Below, in pieces: positions 11,280 to 21,754 of a DNA stretch of 32,000 bases. Position numbers and translations under genes: made by a program. A model generated the notes under the pieces. That model saw only the letters and a program-made list of their open reading frames with translations, searched no databases and was not told the origin of the DNA. The stretch is from a cyanobacterium endosymbiont of Epithemia turgida isolate EtSB Lake Yunoko (GTDB taxonomy: Bacteria > Cyanobacteriota > Cyanobacteriia > Cyanobacteriales > Microcystaceae). Location: assembly GCF_000829235.1 (NCBI RefSeq), contig NZ_AP012549.1, positions 1,440,001 through 1,472,000 of the forward strand, given 5' to 3'. Each line of letters begins with the position of its first letter. The first letter of the stretch is position 1.

Positions 11280-12395
11280 TTAAGGAATAATAGTTGATTT
11301 TAGCCCAGCATTTTCTAAAGTTCGATGGACTTCCTCCGCATTATCACGATCATTAAATAGTCCTACTTGCCAGACGGACTTCCCGTTATGAGATGTGGGA
11401 AACGCTTCAGGATAGAGTGATCGCACTTTAACTTTTTGATAATTAGTGTTAGTAGCAACAATCACACGGTATCTTTCAAGAGAGATACTAGACAAAGAAC
11501 CTACTACATCAGGTAACCTTTTACGTCCTGAATTAGTGTTAGTTGAGGATTGAGGAGGTGGAACTATAGAGTTACTGTTATTTTGAGGAGGTGGTGCTAG
11601 GGGGGGTAAGTCAGAGAAATTAGGTAAAGGTTCAGTAATAGTAGACAATGAACGAGGTTGAGAGGGTGGAGATAGGGTAGTTGTAAGAGAAACAGATACT
11701 GAGGATAAGGGTTTCAAGGCAGCTGAGGCTCGACTGTCGGGTTGATTGTCTGCCGTAAAAGTCATCTCTCGTATAGGTTTACTATCTTGAGCGTTCTGTC
11801 TGGTCCTAAAGGAATTAGTAGCCATCAAAGGAGATCGTTCTTCTATAGCTGAACTATTCCCTGTAAGATATATATGACTTAATACTCTACCGTTATAGGT
11901 CCGTTTTGTGAATCTCCAACCAGGATTAAGCTCAAGTCGTATAAACCCATTAGCTATTCCGTTACTTCTTCCGACAATAATTTCGGATTGATTAAGATCA
12001 TCACGATGGGTTCCGACGAGTATCAGCTCTCCATCGTGTTCTATAATACGTAGGAGATAATCTAGTCCATAATCTTGTCCATCAATGCGAATAGAATAGC
12101 CGTTGCTATCTGTACTACGTTCACAACTTCCTGTAAAATCAAAGTCAAGGAGCAATGGATTAACTAAAACCGGATTAGTTCCACTTTCACTCCAACATTT
12201 TTGCTGACCAGGAATTTGATGTATGACTAGCAAGTCGTATTTATTATCACCATAGGGTCTAGCAATAGCGATAAGGTCGTCTTGATTAACTTCTTGTTGC
12301 TCGAAAGTTGAAGCGTTACTAGGAATATAAGGCGTAAAACCAATGAAGCAAAAGGCGATGATGGCAGCTGTTTTGCTCAGAAGTGTGAGTTTCAT
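11280..12395 (-). CDS. Secreted cyanobacterial conserved protein: N-terminal domain resembling what I recall as DUF3747, Pro/Ser-rich linker, C-terminal SPOR-like domain
   Basis: ATG start and a signal-peptide-like N-terminus (MKLTLLSKTAAIIAFCFIG). There is a low-complexity linker (PPSQPRSL..PPLAPPPQNNSNSIVPPPQSS). The C-terminal ~70 aa (YRVIVATNTNYQKVKVRSLYPEAF...WQVGLFNDRDNAEEVHRTLENAGLKSTII) fit the SPOR beta-alpha-beta-beta-alpha-beta pattern. The domain names come from memory, not from a search. Confidence 0.6.
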   Translation of the reverse strand: MKLTLLSKTAAIIAFCFIGFTPYIPSNASTFEQQEVNQDDLIAIARPYGDNKYDLLVIHQIPGQQKCWSESGTNPVLVNPLLLDFDFTGSCERSTDSNGYSIRIDGQDYGLDYLLRIIEHDGELILVGTHRDDLNQSEIIVGRSNGIANGFIRLELNPGWRFTKRTYNGRVLSHIYLTGNSSAIEERSPLMATNSFRTRQNAQDSKPIREMTFTADNQPDSRASAALKPLSSVSVSLTTTLSPPSQPRSLSTITEPLPNFSDLPPLAPPPQNNSNSIVPPPQSSTNTNSGRKRLPDVVGSLSSISLERYRVIVATNTNYQKVKVRSLYPEAFPTSHNGKSVWQVGLFNDRDNAEEVHRTLENAGLKSTIIP

Positions 12396-12922
12396 AAGTA
12401 TTCTAATGTTTACGTCTTAGAGAAAAATAAATAGATTGTATTTCCCTCAAGGATTTAAGTGGGAAAGCATTAAAGTTAAAAGTTTCGAAGTTTATTTAGA
12501 ATTTCTACTAATCATTAGGCATCTTCAGTGATTGATGTATTTTTTCTTCTCCACTCGACGCACTGACAGAAACAAATGTTGCATCTCCTAGGAATTAGCT
12601 TTATCGTTGCAATTTTACTTTTATTTCAAGCAAATATCGAAAATTTAAGTTAGTAATCTAGGTCCTTCTAGAATCTGGATAAGCTAAATTATCATTAACA
12701 GATTGCATTGTCATGGCTAAGATTCGATAGCATAGAGGTCAAGGATCTTTGAATACCTCTACAACTAGAAGTGTAGGAAGGTTATCTGTTTTGTTCCGTT
12801 GTCACTAATTGTTGTTAACAACATCCTAAACATGATGGTTTGGTGAGCTCTTCGCTAAACCAGCTTTAGCGAAGGGGTTTGCAGTTTTAAACACCATACG
12901 TATTTTCGTATTTTCAACTTAT

Positions 12923-15900
12923 ATGTATAAGCGTAGCCCTATGAAAAAGACCAACCACCTTTTCCCGTCAACTCATCAACCATTGCCCCCGTATTGTGGT
13001 CAAAAATGGCTAGTGGAAGAAAGAGATGCATGTGGGGTTGGTTTTATTGCTGATGTCAAAGGAGAAGGAAGCCATAAACTTATTGAACAGGCAATTGTTG
13101 CCTTAGGCTGTATAGAACATCGGGGGGGCTGTAGTGCGGATAATGACTCAGGAGACGGTTCGGGAGTCATGACAGAGATTCCCCGTGAGGTATTAGTTCC
13201 TTGGTTTACAAGTCAAGGTTTAACTATGCCACCTGTTGAACAATTAGGGGTCGGAATGGTCTTTCTACCCCAGAATAAAATTAAAAGGAAAGCAAATCGT
13301 GCTTATATTGAGACAGTAGTATCCGCGGCTAACTTAAAAGTATTGGGGTGGCGAGAAGTTCCGGTTAAACCTGAGGTTTTAGGAGTTCAGGCTAAACAAA
13401 ATCAACCCCATATCGAACAGATAATGGTGGCTTCTCCAGCCGGGTTATCGGGAGATGCATTAGATAGAATACTATACATAGTACGGTCAGGGATTGGGAA
13501 GAAACTGGCAGAGGACTTTTATGTTTGTTCTTTTAGTTGTCGTACTCTTGTCTATAAAGGAATGGTTCGTAGCACGATTTTAGGAGAATTCTATGAAGAT
13601 TTAAAAAACCCTAACTATAATAGTAGATTTGCTCTATACCATCGTCGCTTTAGTACTAATACCATGCCAAAGTGGTCTTTGGCACAACCTATGCGTTTGT
13701 TGGGTCACAATGGAGAAATTAATACCCTTATTGGGAATATCAACTCTATGGCAGCCAGAGAAGTTCATTTAAGAATTCCAGGATGGACTTCTGAAGAGCT
13801 AGAGGCGTTAACTCCCATTGTTAATAATGACAACAGTGACTCCTGCAACCTTGATAGTGTTTTAGAATTATTGGTCCGTACTGGTCGTAGTCCCCTCGAA
13901 GCGGCGATGATCCTAGTGCCTGAAGCTTATCAAAATCAACCTAATTTAAAAGATTATCCCGAAATAATTGGTTTTTATCAATATTATAGTGGGTTTCAAG
14001 AACCTTGGGATGGTCCAGCCTTACTTACATTCAGTGATGGCAAAATAGTAGGAGCTTGTTTAGATCGTAACGGTTTACGTCCTGCTCGTTATTGCATTAC
14101 CAAAGATGATTATTTGGTAGTTGGTTCTGAGGCAGGAGTTGTTGATTTACCAGAAGAATACATTGTAGAAAAAGGAAGATTAGGTCCTGGACAAACTATT
14201 GCCGTCGACTTAGAGTCTAATGAAATTCTTAAAAATTGGGATATCAAGAAACGTATTTCCAGACAGCATCCTTACCGGGAATGGTTGCATACTTATCGTC
14301 GAGAAGTGACTTCTCAACCCTTCTCAAAAAACATTCTTCTCGATCAACCTGGTCAACTTTTGCAACAACAAACTGCTTTTGGATATACAGCCGAAGATGT
14401 AGAAATGATCGTGGTTCCCATGGTAACTCAAGGAAAGGAACCTATATTCTGTATGGGAGATGACATTCCATTAGCCGTTCTTTCAAATAAACCTCATCTA
14501 CTCTACGACTACTTTAAACAACGGTTTGCCCAAGTGACTAATCCTCCTATTGATTCGTTATGGGAAAGTTTGGTAATGTCTTTGGAAATGTTATTAGGAG
14601 AACGGGGAAATTTATTAGATCCTAAGGCAGAAGATGCAAAACTGTTAAAAATTGAAAGTCCTTTACTCAATGAGACGGAATTAAAGCAGATCAAATCTTC
14701 TCAATTTAAGGTAACGCAACTATCTACCTTATTTGATCTAACTGCCGGTCCTGGAGGACTTAAAACTAGCTTAGATAGGTTGTGTTACGAAGCCATCCAA
14801 GCGGTTAGAGACGGTTCAAAAATTATTATTTTAAGTGATCGTGCTTCGGAAATGGGCAGTGTTACGGAAATCACCAGTTATATTCCTCCCTTATTAGCTG
14901 TAGGAACTATTCATCATCATTTAATTAAACATGGGTTACGTCTACAAACTTCCTTAGTGATAGATACGGCACAATGTTGGAGTACCCATCATTTTGCTTG
15001 TTTAGTAGGTTATGGCGCATCAGCAGTTTGCCCTTATTTAACCCTCGAAACTATCCGTCAATGGTGGAATGATACCAAAACTCAGAAATTAATGGGAAAT
15101 GGAAAAATTGAACCTATTACTCTTGACGAAGCATTTGCCAACTACCGCCATGCAGTTGAATTAGGATTATTGAAAATAATCTCTAAAATGGGAATTTCCT
15201 TATTGGCTTCCTATCATGGGGCACAAACTTTTGAAGCGATCGGTCTAAGCTCTGAACTAATTAAAATGTCCTTTGACGGAACCACTAGCCGTGTTGGTGG
15301 CTTAAGTATTATAGAATTAGCTGAGGAAATTATCGCCATTCATAGTCGTGCCTTCCCTAATCTAACTGATAAAAAACTGAAAAACTTCGGTTTTATTAAC
15401 TACCGTCGAGGAGGAGAATACCATATGAATTCCCCCGAAATGGCTAAATTTCTTCATAAAGCAGTAGCAGTTTACAAAGAAGGGATAAATGGCGGGAATA
15501 AAAAGGGTTATGATCATTATGCGATGTATAGTAAATATCTTGAAGAACGTCCAATTACTGCCTTGCGAGATTTATTGGAATTTAATAGTGATCGTCCTTC
15601 TATTTCTGTTGAAGAAGTGGAAACAGTTGAAGCCATTGTTAAACGGTTTTGTATTGGGGGAATGTCTTTAGGGGCTTTATCACGGGAAGCACATGAAACT
15701 ATAGCGATCGCTATGAACCGTTTAGGAGGAACATCTAATTCTGGGGAAGGAGGAGAAGATCCCATCCGCTTTATCACTTTCACCGATGTAGATGCTAATG
15801 GAAATTCCCCTACATTTCCTCACCTAAATGGACTAAAAAATGGAGATACAGCAAGTTCTGCTATTAAACAGATTGCATCAGGACGTTTCGGAGTAACTCC

Positions 15901-17605
15901 CGAATATTTGATGAATGGAAAGCAATTAGAAATTAAGATGGCCCAGGGCGCAAAACCAGGAGAAGGAGGACAATTACCAGGGCAAAAGGTCAGTTCCTAT
16001 ATTGCCATGTTACGGCATGCTAAATCTGGTGTTACCTTGATTTCTCCTCCTCCTCACCATGATATTTACTCCATTGAAGATTTAGCACAGTTAATATTTG
16101 ACTTGCATCAGATTAACCCTATGGCTAAGGTTTCAGTGAAATTAGTATCAGAAATTGGCATTGGAACCATTGCAGTAGGTGTTGCTAAAGCTAACGCCGA
16201 TGTTATTCAAGTTTCGGGACATGATGGGGGAACGGGGGCATCACCCTTAAGTTCCATTAAACATGCGGGATGTCCTTGGGAATTAGGGATTACCGAAGTT
16301 CATAGTATGTTGTTAAAAAATCAATTGCGTGATCGCGTCATCTTACGTGCTGATGGAGGTTTAAAAACCGGATGGGATGTAATAATGGCAGCGTTAATGG
16401 GGGCTGAACAATACGGTTTTGGCTCTATTGCTATTATCGCTGAGGGCTGTATTATGGCCCGTATTTGTCACACCAACAACTGTCCGGTAGGGGTTGCAAC
16501 TCAAGAGGAAAAGTTGCGTAAACGGTTTAGTGGAGTTCCTGAAAATGTAACCAGTCTTTTTTATTTTATTGCTGAAGAAATACGGGCAATTTTAGCGAAA
16601 TTAGGTTATCGTTCCTTAGATGAAGTGATTGGACGTTCCGATCTTTTAGTTTCTCGTAAAACACCAAAATTAACCAAAACCCAAGCCTTAAATCTCGATT
16701 GCTTAGTTAAACTTCCTAACGTAAAAGAAGATCGCCGTTGGTTAAACCATGAAGCAGTTCACAGTAATGGAGAGGTGTTAGATGATCGCATTTTAGCTGA
16801 TACGGAGATCGCCTCTTCGATTGATGAACACCGTTCCGTTACAAAAAATATCAAGATTGTCAATACCGACCGCACGGTTGGAGCGCGTATTTCTGGGGTA
16901 ATTGCTAAGAAGTATGGAAATACCGGATTTAAAGGAAAATTAAACCTCAACTTCAAAGGGGCATCTGGTCAAAGTTTTGGAGCATTTAACCTTCCTGGCA
17001 TGATTTTGCACCTTGAAGGGGAAGCCAACGATTATGTTGGTAAAGGAATGCACGGAGGAGAAATTGTGATTGTTCCACACAAAGAAAGTAGCTATAAGCC
17101 AGAAGATAACGTTATTATCGGTAATACTTGCCTTTACGGCTCAACAGGTGGTTTTTTATATGCTAATGGTCGTGCAGGTGAACGATTTGGAGTGCGCAAC
17201 TCCCTGAGCAAAGCAGTTATTGAAGGTGCTGGTGATCATTGCTGCGAGTATATGACGGGAGGTGTGATCGTAGTCTTAGGAACCATTGGACGCAACGTAA
17301 GTGCAGGAATGACTGGAGGAATAGGTTACTTCTTGGATGAAGAAGAAAACTTCCCCGAAAAAGTGAACCTTGAAACTGTAGAAATTCAAAGGATTTGCAC
17401 TAAATCCGGGGAATTTCAGCTAAAAGAGTTAATTCAATCTCATGTTGACCGCACAGGTAGCCAAAAAGGACAAATGATCCTCAATAATTGGGAGGATTAT
17501 GTGAGTAAATTCTGGCAGGTATTTCCTCCATCTGAAGCAAATAGTCCTGAGATAAACCCTAATCCCGTTACGGTTGAGGAAAAAACGTTAACTACTGTTA
17601 AATAA
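12923..17605 (+). CDS. glsF: Ferredoxin-dependent glutamate synthase (Fd-GOGAT)
   Basis: 1560-aa single-chain GltS. The N-terminal nucleophile is Cys37 (DA-CGVGFIA), after a 36-aa propeptide as I recall for the Synechocystis enzyme. It has an FMN/synthase domain, the 3Fe-4S cluster region [16 protein letters not shown] and a C-terminal GXGXG beta-helix domain ([19 protein letters not shown]). Confidence 0.96.
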   Translation: MYKRSPMKKTNHLFPSTHQPLPPYCGQKWLVEERDACGVGFIADVKGEGSHKLIEQAIVALGCIEHRGGCSADNDSGDGSGVMTEIPREVLVPWFTSQGLTMPPVEQLGVGMVFLPQNKIKRKANRAYIETVVSAANLKVLGWREVPVKPEVLGVQAKQNQPHIEQIMVASPAGLSGDALDRILYIVRSGIGKKLAEDFYVCSFSCRTLVYKGMVRSTILGEFYEDLKNPNYNSRFALYHRRFSTNTMPKWSLAQPMRLLGHNGEINTLIGNINSMAAREVHLRIPGWTSEELEALTPIVNNDNSDSCNLDSVLELLVRTGRSPLEAAMILVPEAYQNQPNLKDYPEIIGFYQYYSGFQEPWDGPALLTFSDGKIVGACLDRNGLRPARYCITKDDYLVVGSEAGVVDLPEEYIVEKGRLGPGQTIAVDLESNEILKNWDIKKRISRQHPYREWLHTYRREVTSQPFSKNILLDQPGQLLQQQTAFGYTAEDVEMIVVPMVTQGKEPIFCMGDDIPLAVLSNKPHLLYDYFKQRFAQVTNPPIDSLWESLVMSLEMLLGERGNLLDPKAEDAKLLKIESPLLNETELKQIKSSQFKVTQLSTLFDLTAGPGGLKTSLDRLCYEAIQAVRDGSKIIILSDRASEMGSVTEITSYIPPLLAVGTIHHHLIKHGLRLQTSLVIDTAQCWSTHHFACLVGYGASAVCPYLTLETIRQWWNDTKTQKLMGNGKIEPITLDEAFANYRHAVELGLLKIISKMGISLLASYHGAQTFEAIGLSSELIKMSFDGTTSRVGGLSIIELAEEIIAIHSRAFPNLTDKKLKNFGFINYRRGGEYHMNSPEMAKFLHKAVAVYKEGINGGNKKGYDHYAMYSKYLEERPITALRDLLEFNSDRPSISVEEVETVEAIVKRFCIGGMSLGALSREAHETIAIAMNRLGGTSNSGEGGEDPIRFITFTDVDANGNSPTFPHLNGLKNGDTASSAIKQIASGRFGVTPEYLMNGKQLEIKMAQGAKPGEGGQLPGQKVSSYIAMLRHAKSGVTLISPPPHHDIYSIEDLAQLIFDLHQINPMAKVSVKLVSEIGIGTIAVGVAKANADVIQVSGHDGGTGASPLSSIKHAGCPWELGITEVHSMLLKNQLRDRVILRADGGLKTGWDVIMAALMGAEQYGFGSIAIIAEGCIMARICHTNNCPVGVATQEEKLRKRFSGVPENVTSLFYFIAEEIRAILAKLGYRSLDEVIGRSDLLVSRKTPKLTKTQALNLDCLVKLPNVKEDRRWLNHEAVHSNGEVLDDRILADTEIASSIDEHRSVTKNIKIVNTDRTVGARISGVIAKKYGNTGFKGKLNLNFKGASGQSFGAFNLPGMILHLEGEANDYVGKGMHGGEIVIVPHKESSYKPEDNVIIGNTCLYGSTGGFLYANGRAGERFGVRNSLSKAVIEGAGDHCCEYMTGGVIVVLGTIGRNVSAGMTGGIGYFLDEEENFPEKVNLETVEIQRICTKSGEFQLKELIQSHVDRTGSQKGQMILNNWEDYVSKFWQVFPPSEANSPEINPNPVTVEEKTLTTVK
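15701..15714. repeat. HIP1 palindrome (GCGATCGC) in extended form atagcgatcgctat, inside glsF
   Basis: Exact GCGATCGC at 15704-15711 within a 14-bp perfect palindrome. Confidence 0.9.
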
Positions 17606-17631
17606 TAATCACTATCCTATAGTTTCCATAG

Positions 17632-17660
17632 CCCCTTTTCCGATATGAGAGGGGTTATTT
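17632..17660 (+). terminator. Weak terminator candidate after glsF
   Basis: GC stem cccct (17632-17636) / agggg (17650-17654) with a 13-nt loop, followed by ttattt. It lies 27 nt after the stop. Confidence 0.35.
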
Positions 17661-18778
17661 AAAAGTCTTTTATCTGTTGTTGAAAATCAATGCAACATGT
17701 AAAAAATAATGTTAATCATAAAATTTGATTAAGAAATAAAGATTTATTGGAAATTAAAATAATTTTATACCCATTTGTTAACTGTAGTATGGTGCTTCGA
17801 CTACATACAAAGATTCACTTTTATGTAAAAGTAAACATAAAATATGAGCTAAAGTCACTACGCGAAGCTGTAAAAAAGATTTCTAATTTTAGAGATTAGT
17901 TTAACAAAACTAAACCTAAACAATCACCTTCAAATCTAAAGTTAATAATAGTTTTGGAGAATGAAGCAAAAAACAAAAACAATTATCTTTTAACGCTCAA
18001 TTAAAGAAGTTAATAAATTTTTCTCTATTAAGTTCATAATCACGAAGTATTTTTTGTAATGATCCTCAATTAAGATTTTGTATCAAACGTACTATTTTAC
18101 TGCTAAACCTTATAAGTTTTATTTTACTTATATATTGGCATTCAATTTAAAATATAAACTGTTTTGAACATTAAAACTACTTGTTATACTGTTACTTTTA
18201 ATATTTCTATTATTAGATAATTACTTTAATTAAAGTTTTTTTATATATATTAATAATTTTTTTGACAATAAAGATAATCTTGTATATTAAAAATAATGAG
18301 GGTTTTGAAGTAAATTTATATTCTCATGTTTAACTATAAACAATTTATTATAGGTAATCAAAATGACAACAATAAAGTTAATAAAGTTAACTGTCCACAC
18401 TTTTAGTTGTATTTCTAAATATAATCGTAGATTTTGTAGTGTATTTTTATTTATAAAGTCTATTATTCCAATGAGTGTGAGTTAAATCATTTTTTTTAGT
18501 CTTAAGATATTTAATCTTTTACCAAAAAATAACTATCTAAAAGTAAAACTATTCGTCTGCTTAATCCCCAGTTTCGAAAGTTTATTTATGACACATTATG
18601 TTCCTTGACAATATTGATTCCTAACTACTTTGAGATAGTTATTTTATTTATTCTCTTATTAAGCTATTCGACGAGTTTAGAATACATTCTGACGACATTT
18701 AGATCTTAAATATTGACAGGACTTGATGTCCTTAATGATATTAGCTTTGTCATGCACTTCGATTTATAACCAGAAATT

Positions 18779-19573
18779 ATGACTGGAAAAGTATTTAATG
18801 GCAATCCAGCCGTCTTTCTCATTCTTGTCCTTCCTCTAACGACAGGGATCGTTTTTTTGTATAAACCTTGGCTATGGATTTTAGAGGTCGTGAGTTTAAC
18901 TATCCTCTGGAAAGCTTGGAATAATTACCGATGGCAACAGTGGTGTTTTGAGATTAACCCAATTTTTAATGAGTTGCTACAAATAAACCAGGGATGCCTC
19001 ACTCCAATGGATTTGTCCTTAAAAGCTAATCTCTCTGCTAGAAATTCCAACCGATTTCTTGTCAAAAAAGCTCATGAATACGGGGCTTATTGCAAAGAAT
19101 TACCCGATAAAAATAGGGTTTATTACTTCATTACCGTTAGTACTCTAGTTAATATTTTTGACGACAGTGAGCCTGAACTTTTAATTGAAAAGTCAGAATA
19201 TATTGACCCCATAGCTAACAGCATTGACTCTGATATTATATTAAAGACTTCTAAAACTAAGCAATATGAACTTTCTGACACAGCAGTAAGGGTTTTTTCT
19301 CAACTAGCTGAACTTGAAGAAGAACGACAAAAATTAAGCCAATCCGCCACGGAGACATTTGCTAATTTGGAGCTGAAAACAATTGCTCAGACACTCTCGG
19401 AACATTCATTAAGCGAGGAGGAATCTGCTAAGATACCCCCTGAATTATCTTTGAGCCAAGTAGATTTGGCTAAGCGTTTGGAGACGACCTCAAGTACTAT
19501 TAGAAGACGAAAAAGCGATTCTCTACCTTCATTGAAAACTTTTTGTGACGAATATACCTTAAAGTTTTGGTAA
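18779..19573 (+). CDS. Hypothetical membrane protein with a C-terminal HTH-like segment
   Basis: 264-aa ORF with an ATG start and gene-like composition in an otherwise AT-rich surrounding. It has two predicted N-terminal TM helices (AVFLILVLPLTTGIVFLY, LWILEVVSLTILW), an acidic/Ser-rich middle and the C-terminal segment LSQVDLAKRLETTSSTIRRRKS, which resembles a helix-turn-helix. I recognise no family. Confidence 0.5.
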   Translation: MTGKVFNGNPAVFLILVLPLTTGIVFLYKPWLWILEVVSLTILWKAWNNYRWQQWCFEINPIFNELLQINQGCLTPMDLSLKANLSARNSNRFLVKKAHEYGAYCKELPDKNRVYYFITVSTLVNIFDDSEPELLIEKSEYIDPIANSIDSDIILKTSKTKQYELSDTAVRVFSQLAELEEERQKLSQSATETFANLELKTIAQTLSEHSLSEEESAKIPPELSLSQVDLAKRLETTSSTIRRRKSDSLPSLKTFCDEYTLKFW

Positions 19574-20428
19574 ATGAGTCATTGGATCTTGAGCAACCCA
19601 ACCTACAGGAAACTTATAACGAACTTCAAAATGTAGATGAGATTCTAATAAATCTGGCTGCCCTGTTTTTCCCACATATCCTACTATATCTCCTCCTTTA
19701 ACTGTCTGACCTATCTTTACCTGAAACCGATTTAAATGAGCATAACGAGTCTGTCTGCCATCACCATGGTCTATTACTATTAAAAAGCCGTATGTTCCTT
19801 CTTGAGCTGCAAATATTACTCTCCCGGTATCGGCAGCCAGGACTAAAGTTCCTACCTGAGCCAACAAATCTACTCCTCCATGAAAAAAAGACTGTCTTGT
19901 TGTTGGATCACGGTGCCATCCATAGGTTAACCCTACCCTAGCGACGGAAAGTAAGGGATATTTATCAAGTCCCATATAGTCTTTTCGCCTAGTCTTTTCT
20001 CCAATTTGCCAATTGACCCCAGGAATGTATACTACAGTAGGATTTTGAACACAACCATTAATTTCAAAAAGTACATCAGCACGAATACCATAAGCTGTAG
20101 CTAAATCCCTCCAAGTCCCTCCATTAGGAACTTCTACTCTAATTCCATTAAACGGAGGAATTAGAATTTTCTGCCCAACCAGAACTGACTTTCTCTTTAG
20201 ATTCGGATTAAGTCTGACTAGAGTTTCGGGAATTAAATTATAATTTCGGGCAATACTATATAGGCTTTCTCCTGAGGTAACTTGATGACGCTGCAGACGA
20301 GATAAAACTGGAGTAGGACACAGTTGAGATGGTGATGTTTGGGCTAAATTAAAAATAGGAGGAATTACAGAGACTAGAAAAGTTAATAGTAGTTGACTAC
20401 TCACAGACCTACAAAACTCGTAAAACAC
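19559..20428 (-). CDS. LysM domain-containing M23 family metallopeptidase (peptidoglycan endopeptidase-like)
   Basis: LysM motif (SGESLYSIARNYNLIPETLVRLNPNL...GQKILIP) and M23 motifs HGGVD and HLHFEV. The called start is a GTG at 20428. An in-frame GTG at 20404 would remove the apparent overlap with hom. Confidence 0.85.
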   Translation of the reverse strand: MFYEFCRSVSSQLLLTFLVSVIPPIFNLAQTSPSQLCPTPVLSRLQRHQVTSGESLYSIARNYNLIPETLVRLNPNLKRKSVLVGQKILIPPFNGIRVEVPNGGTWRDLATAYGIRADVLFEINGCVQNPTVVYIPGVNWQIGEKTRRKDYMGLDKYPLLSVARVGLTYGWHRDPTTRQSFFHGGVDLLAQVGTLVLAADTGRVIFAAQEGTYGFLIVIDHGDGRQTRYAHLNRFQVKIGQTVKGGDIVGYVGKTGQPDLLESHLHFEVRYKFPVGWVAQDPMTHLPKL

Positions 20429-21725
20429 TAGGGATACTTTTGATTGTCTCTAGGGTACGGACTTCATCTAGGGCAGTCCGAAAATTTCCTTCACAAACAT
20501 AGTGAGTAACAACCACAATTTCTGCTAGTTCCTCTTTAAACCCAATTTGTACCACAGACTCTAAACTTACTTGATAGTTCCCAAAACTCCTTCCGAGATT
20601 ACCGATTACTCCTGGGACATCTTTAGTGAGAAAGCGAGCATAAAAACGGGTTTCAATGGCTTCTATCGGTGTTATTTGACAATAATGCTGATGAGTACAG
20701 CTCAATAAAGGGTTAAGAGTTTGGGTATGATTATTGCTTTTGAGTATAGCCACAATATTCATAATATCTGAAACAACTGCGCTGGCTGTAGGACCGGAGC
20801 CTGCCCCTGGACCATAAAACATAACTTGTCCTAGAGGATCGCCTTCAACTAAAATGGCATTGTTCACTCCTTCAACACTAGCTAAGGGATGGGATTTAGG
20901 AACTAAGGTAGGATGGACCCGTAATTGAAGGATACGAGATTCTGTTTTCTCTGATATTTTAGCGATCGCTAAAAGTTTAATCACAAACCCTAATTTATCT
21001 GCATAGGCAATATCGACTGTACTCACTTTGCGAATTCCCTCACAGTAAACACTTTCGCGTTGGACTCGTTCACCAAATCCTAGAGAGGCTAAAATGGCAA
21101 TTTTATCAGCAGCATCCAATCCATCTACATCGGCAGTGGAATCAGCTTCAGCATAGCCCAAGTGTTGCGCTTCGACTAGGGCATCACTAAAATCAGCTCC
21201 AGCGGTAGTCATTTGGGTCAGAATATAGTTAGTGGTTCCGTTCACAATACCGATAATGCTAGTGATGCGGTTTGCCCCCAAAGACTGTTTTAGAGGTTTA
21301 ATAATAGGAATTCCGCCACCAACAGATGCTTCTAGAAGAACATACACCCCTGCACGATTGGCTGCTTCGTAAATCTCGTCCCCGTGACGGGCAATAACCG
21401 CTTTATTGGCAGTAACAACGTGTTTTCCTTGGTCAATTGCTTGCAAAATCATTGTTCGCGCTGGTTCTAGTCCCCCTAATAATTCCACCACAATGTTAAT
21501 CTCAGGATCAGTAACAATGGCTACTAGGTCTGTGGTGATTACTCCTGGGGGAAATTTAATTGGACGGGTTTTTTCTAGCGATCTTACCCCTATTTGACTA
21601 ACAACAATTTCTTCCAACAGAGGATTTCGCCCTGAGGAATCAAGCAATATCTGGGCAGTTCCTATCCCTACTGTTCCTAAACCTAGTAACCCAATCTTAA
21701 AGACCACCACCGTACTCCTAATCAT
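20409..21725 (-). CDS. hom: Homoserine dehydrogenase
   Basis: NAD-binding N-terminus KIGLLGLGTVG, a catalytic domain (ANKA, GGGIPII, GIVNGTTNYIL) and a C-terminal ACT-like domain. AGGAG at 21719-21715 lies 7 nt upstream of the GTG at 21707. That start gives the family-typical N-terminus MVFKIGLLGLG, so GTG may be the real start rather than the ATG at 21725. Confidence 0.93.
   Translation of the reverse strand: MIRSTVVVFKIGLLGLGTVGIGTAQILLDSSGRNPLLEEIVVSQIGVRSLEKTRPIKFPPGVITTDLVAIVTDPEINIVVELLGGLEPARTMILQAIDQGKHVVTANKAVIARHGDEIYEAANRAGVYVLLEASVGGGIPIIKPLKQSLGANRITSIIGIVNGTTNYILTQMTTAGADFSDALVEAQHLGYAEADSTADVDGLDAADKIAILASLGFGERVQRESVYCEGIRKVSTVDIAYADKLGFVIKLLAIAKISEKTESRILQLRVHPTLVPKSHPLASVEGVNNAILVEGDPLGQVMFYGPGAGSGPTASAVVSDIMNIVAILKSNNHTQTLNPLLSCTHQHYCQITPIEAIETRFYARFLTKDVPGVIGNLGRSFGNYQVSLESVVQIGFKEELAEIVVVTHYVCEGNFRTALDEVRTLETIKSIPSVLRVL
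20957..20974. repeat. HIP1 palindrome (GCGATCGC) in extended form ttttagcgatcgctaaaa, inside hom
   Basis: Exact GCGATCGC at 20962-20969 within an 18-bp perfect palindrome. Confidence 0.9.
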
Positions 21726-21754
21726 CCTTATCTTTAAATCTAGATTAACGGTTT

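Noticed and set aside
12396-12922. NtcA binding site (GTA-N8-TAC) expected upstream of glsF
   Set aside because: Every GTA in the region was checked by eye and none is followed by TAC at the 8-nt spacing. No site is called.
14236-16956. ORFs 14236-14463(+), 14509-14694(-), 15489-15671(+), 15517-15783(-) and 16759-16956(-) inside glsF
   Set aside because: All are nested in the 4.7-kb Fd-GOGAT reading frame and have no independent support.
20409-20428. 20-nt overlap between the hom stop and the M23 peptidase start, suggesting translational coupling
   Set aside because: The overlap depends on choosing the longest ORF (GTG at 20428). An in-frame GTG at 20404 gives an equally plausible signal peptide with no overlap, so the overlap may be an annotation artefact.
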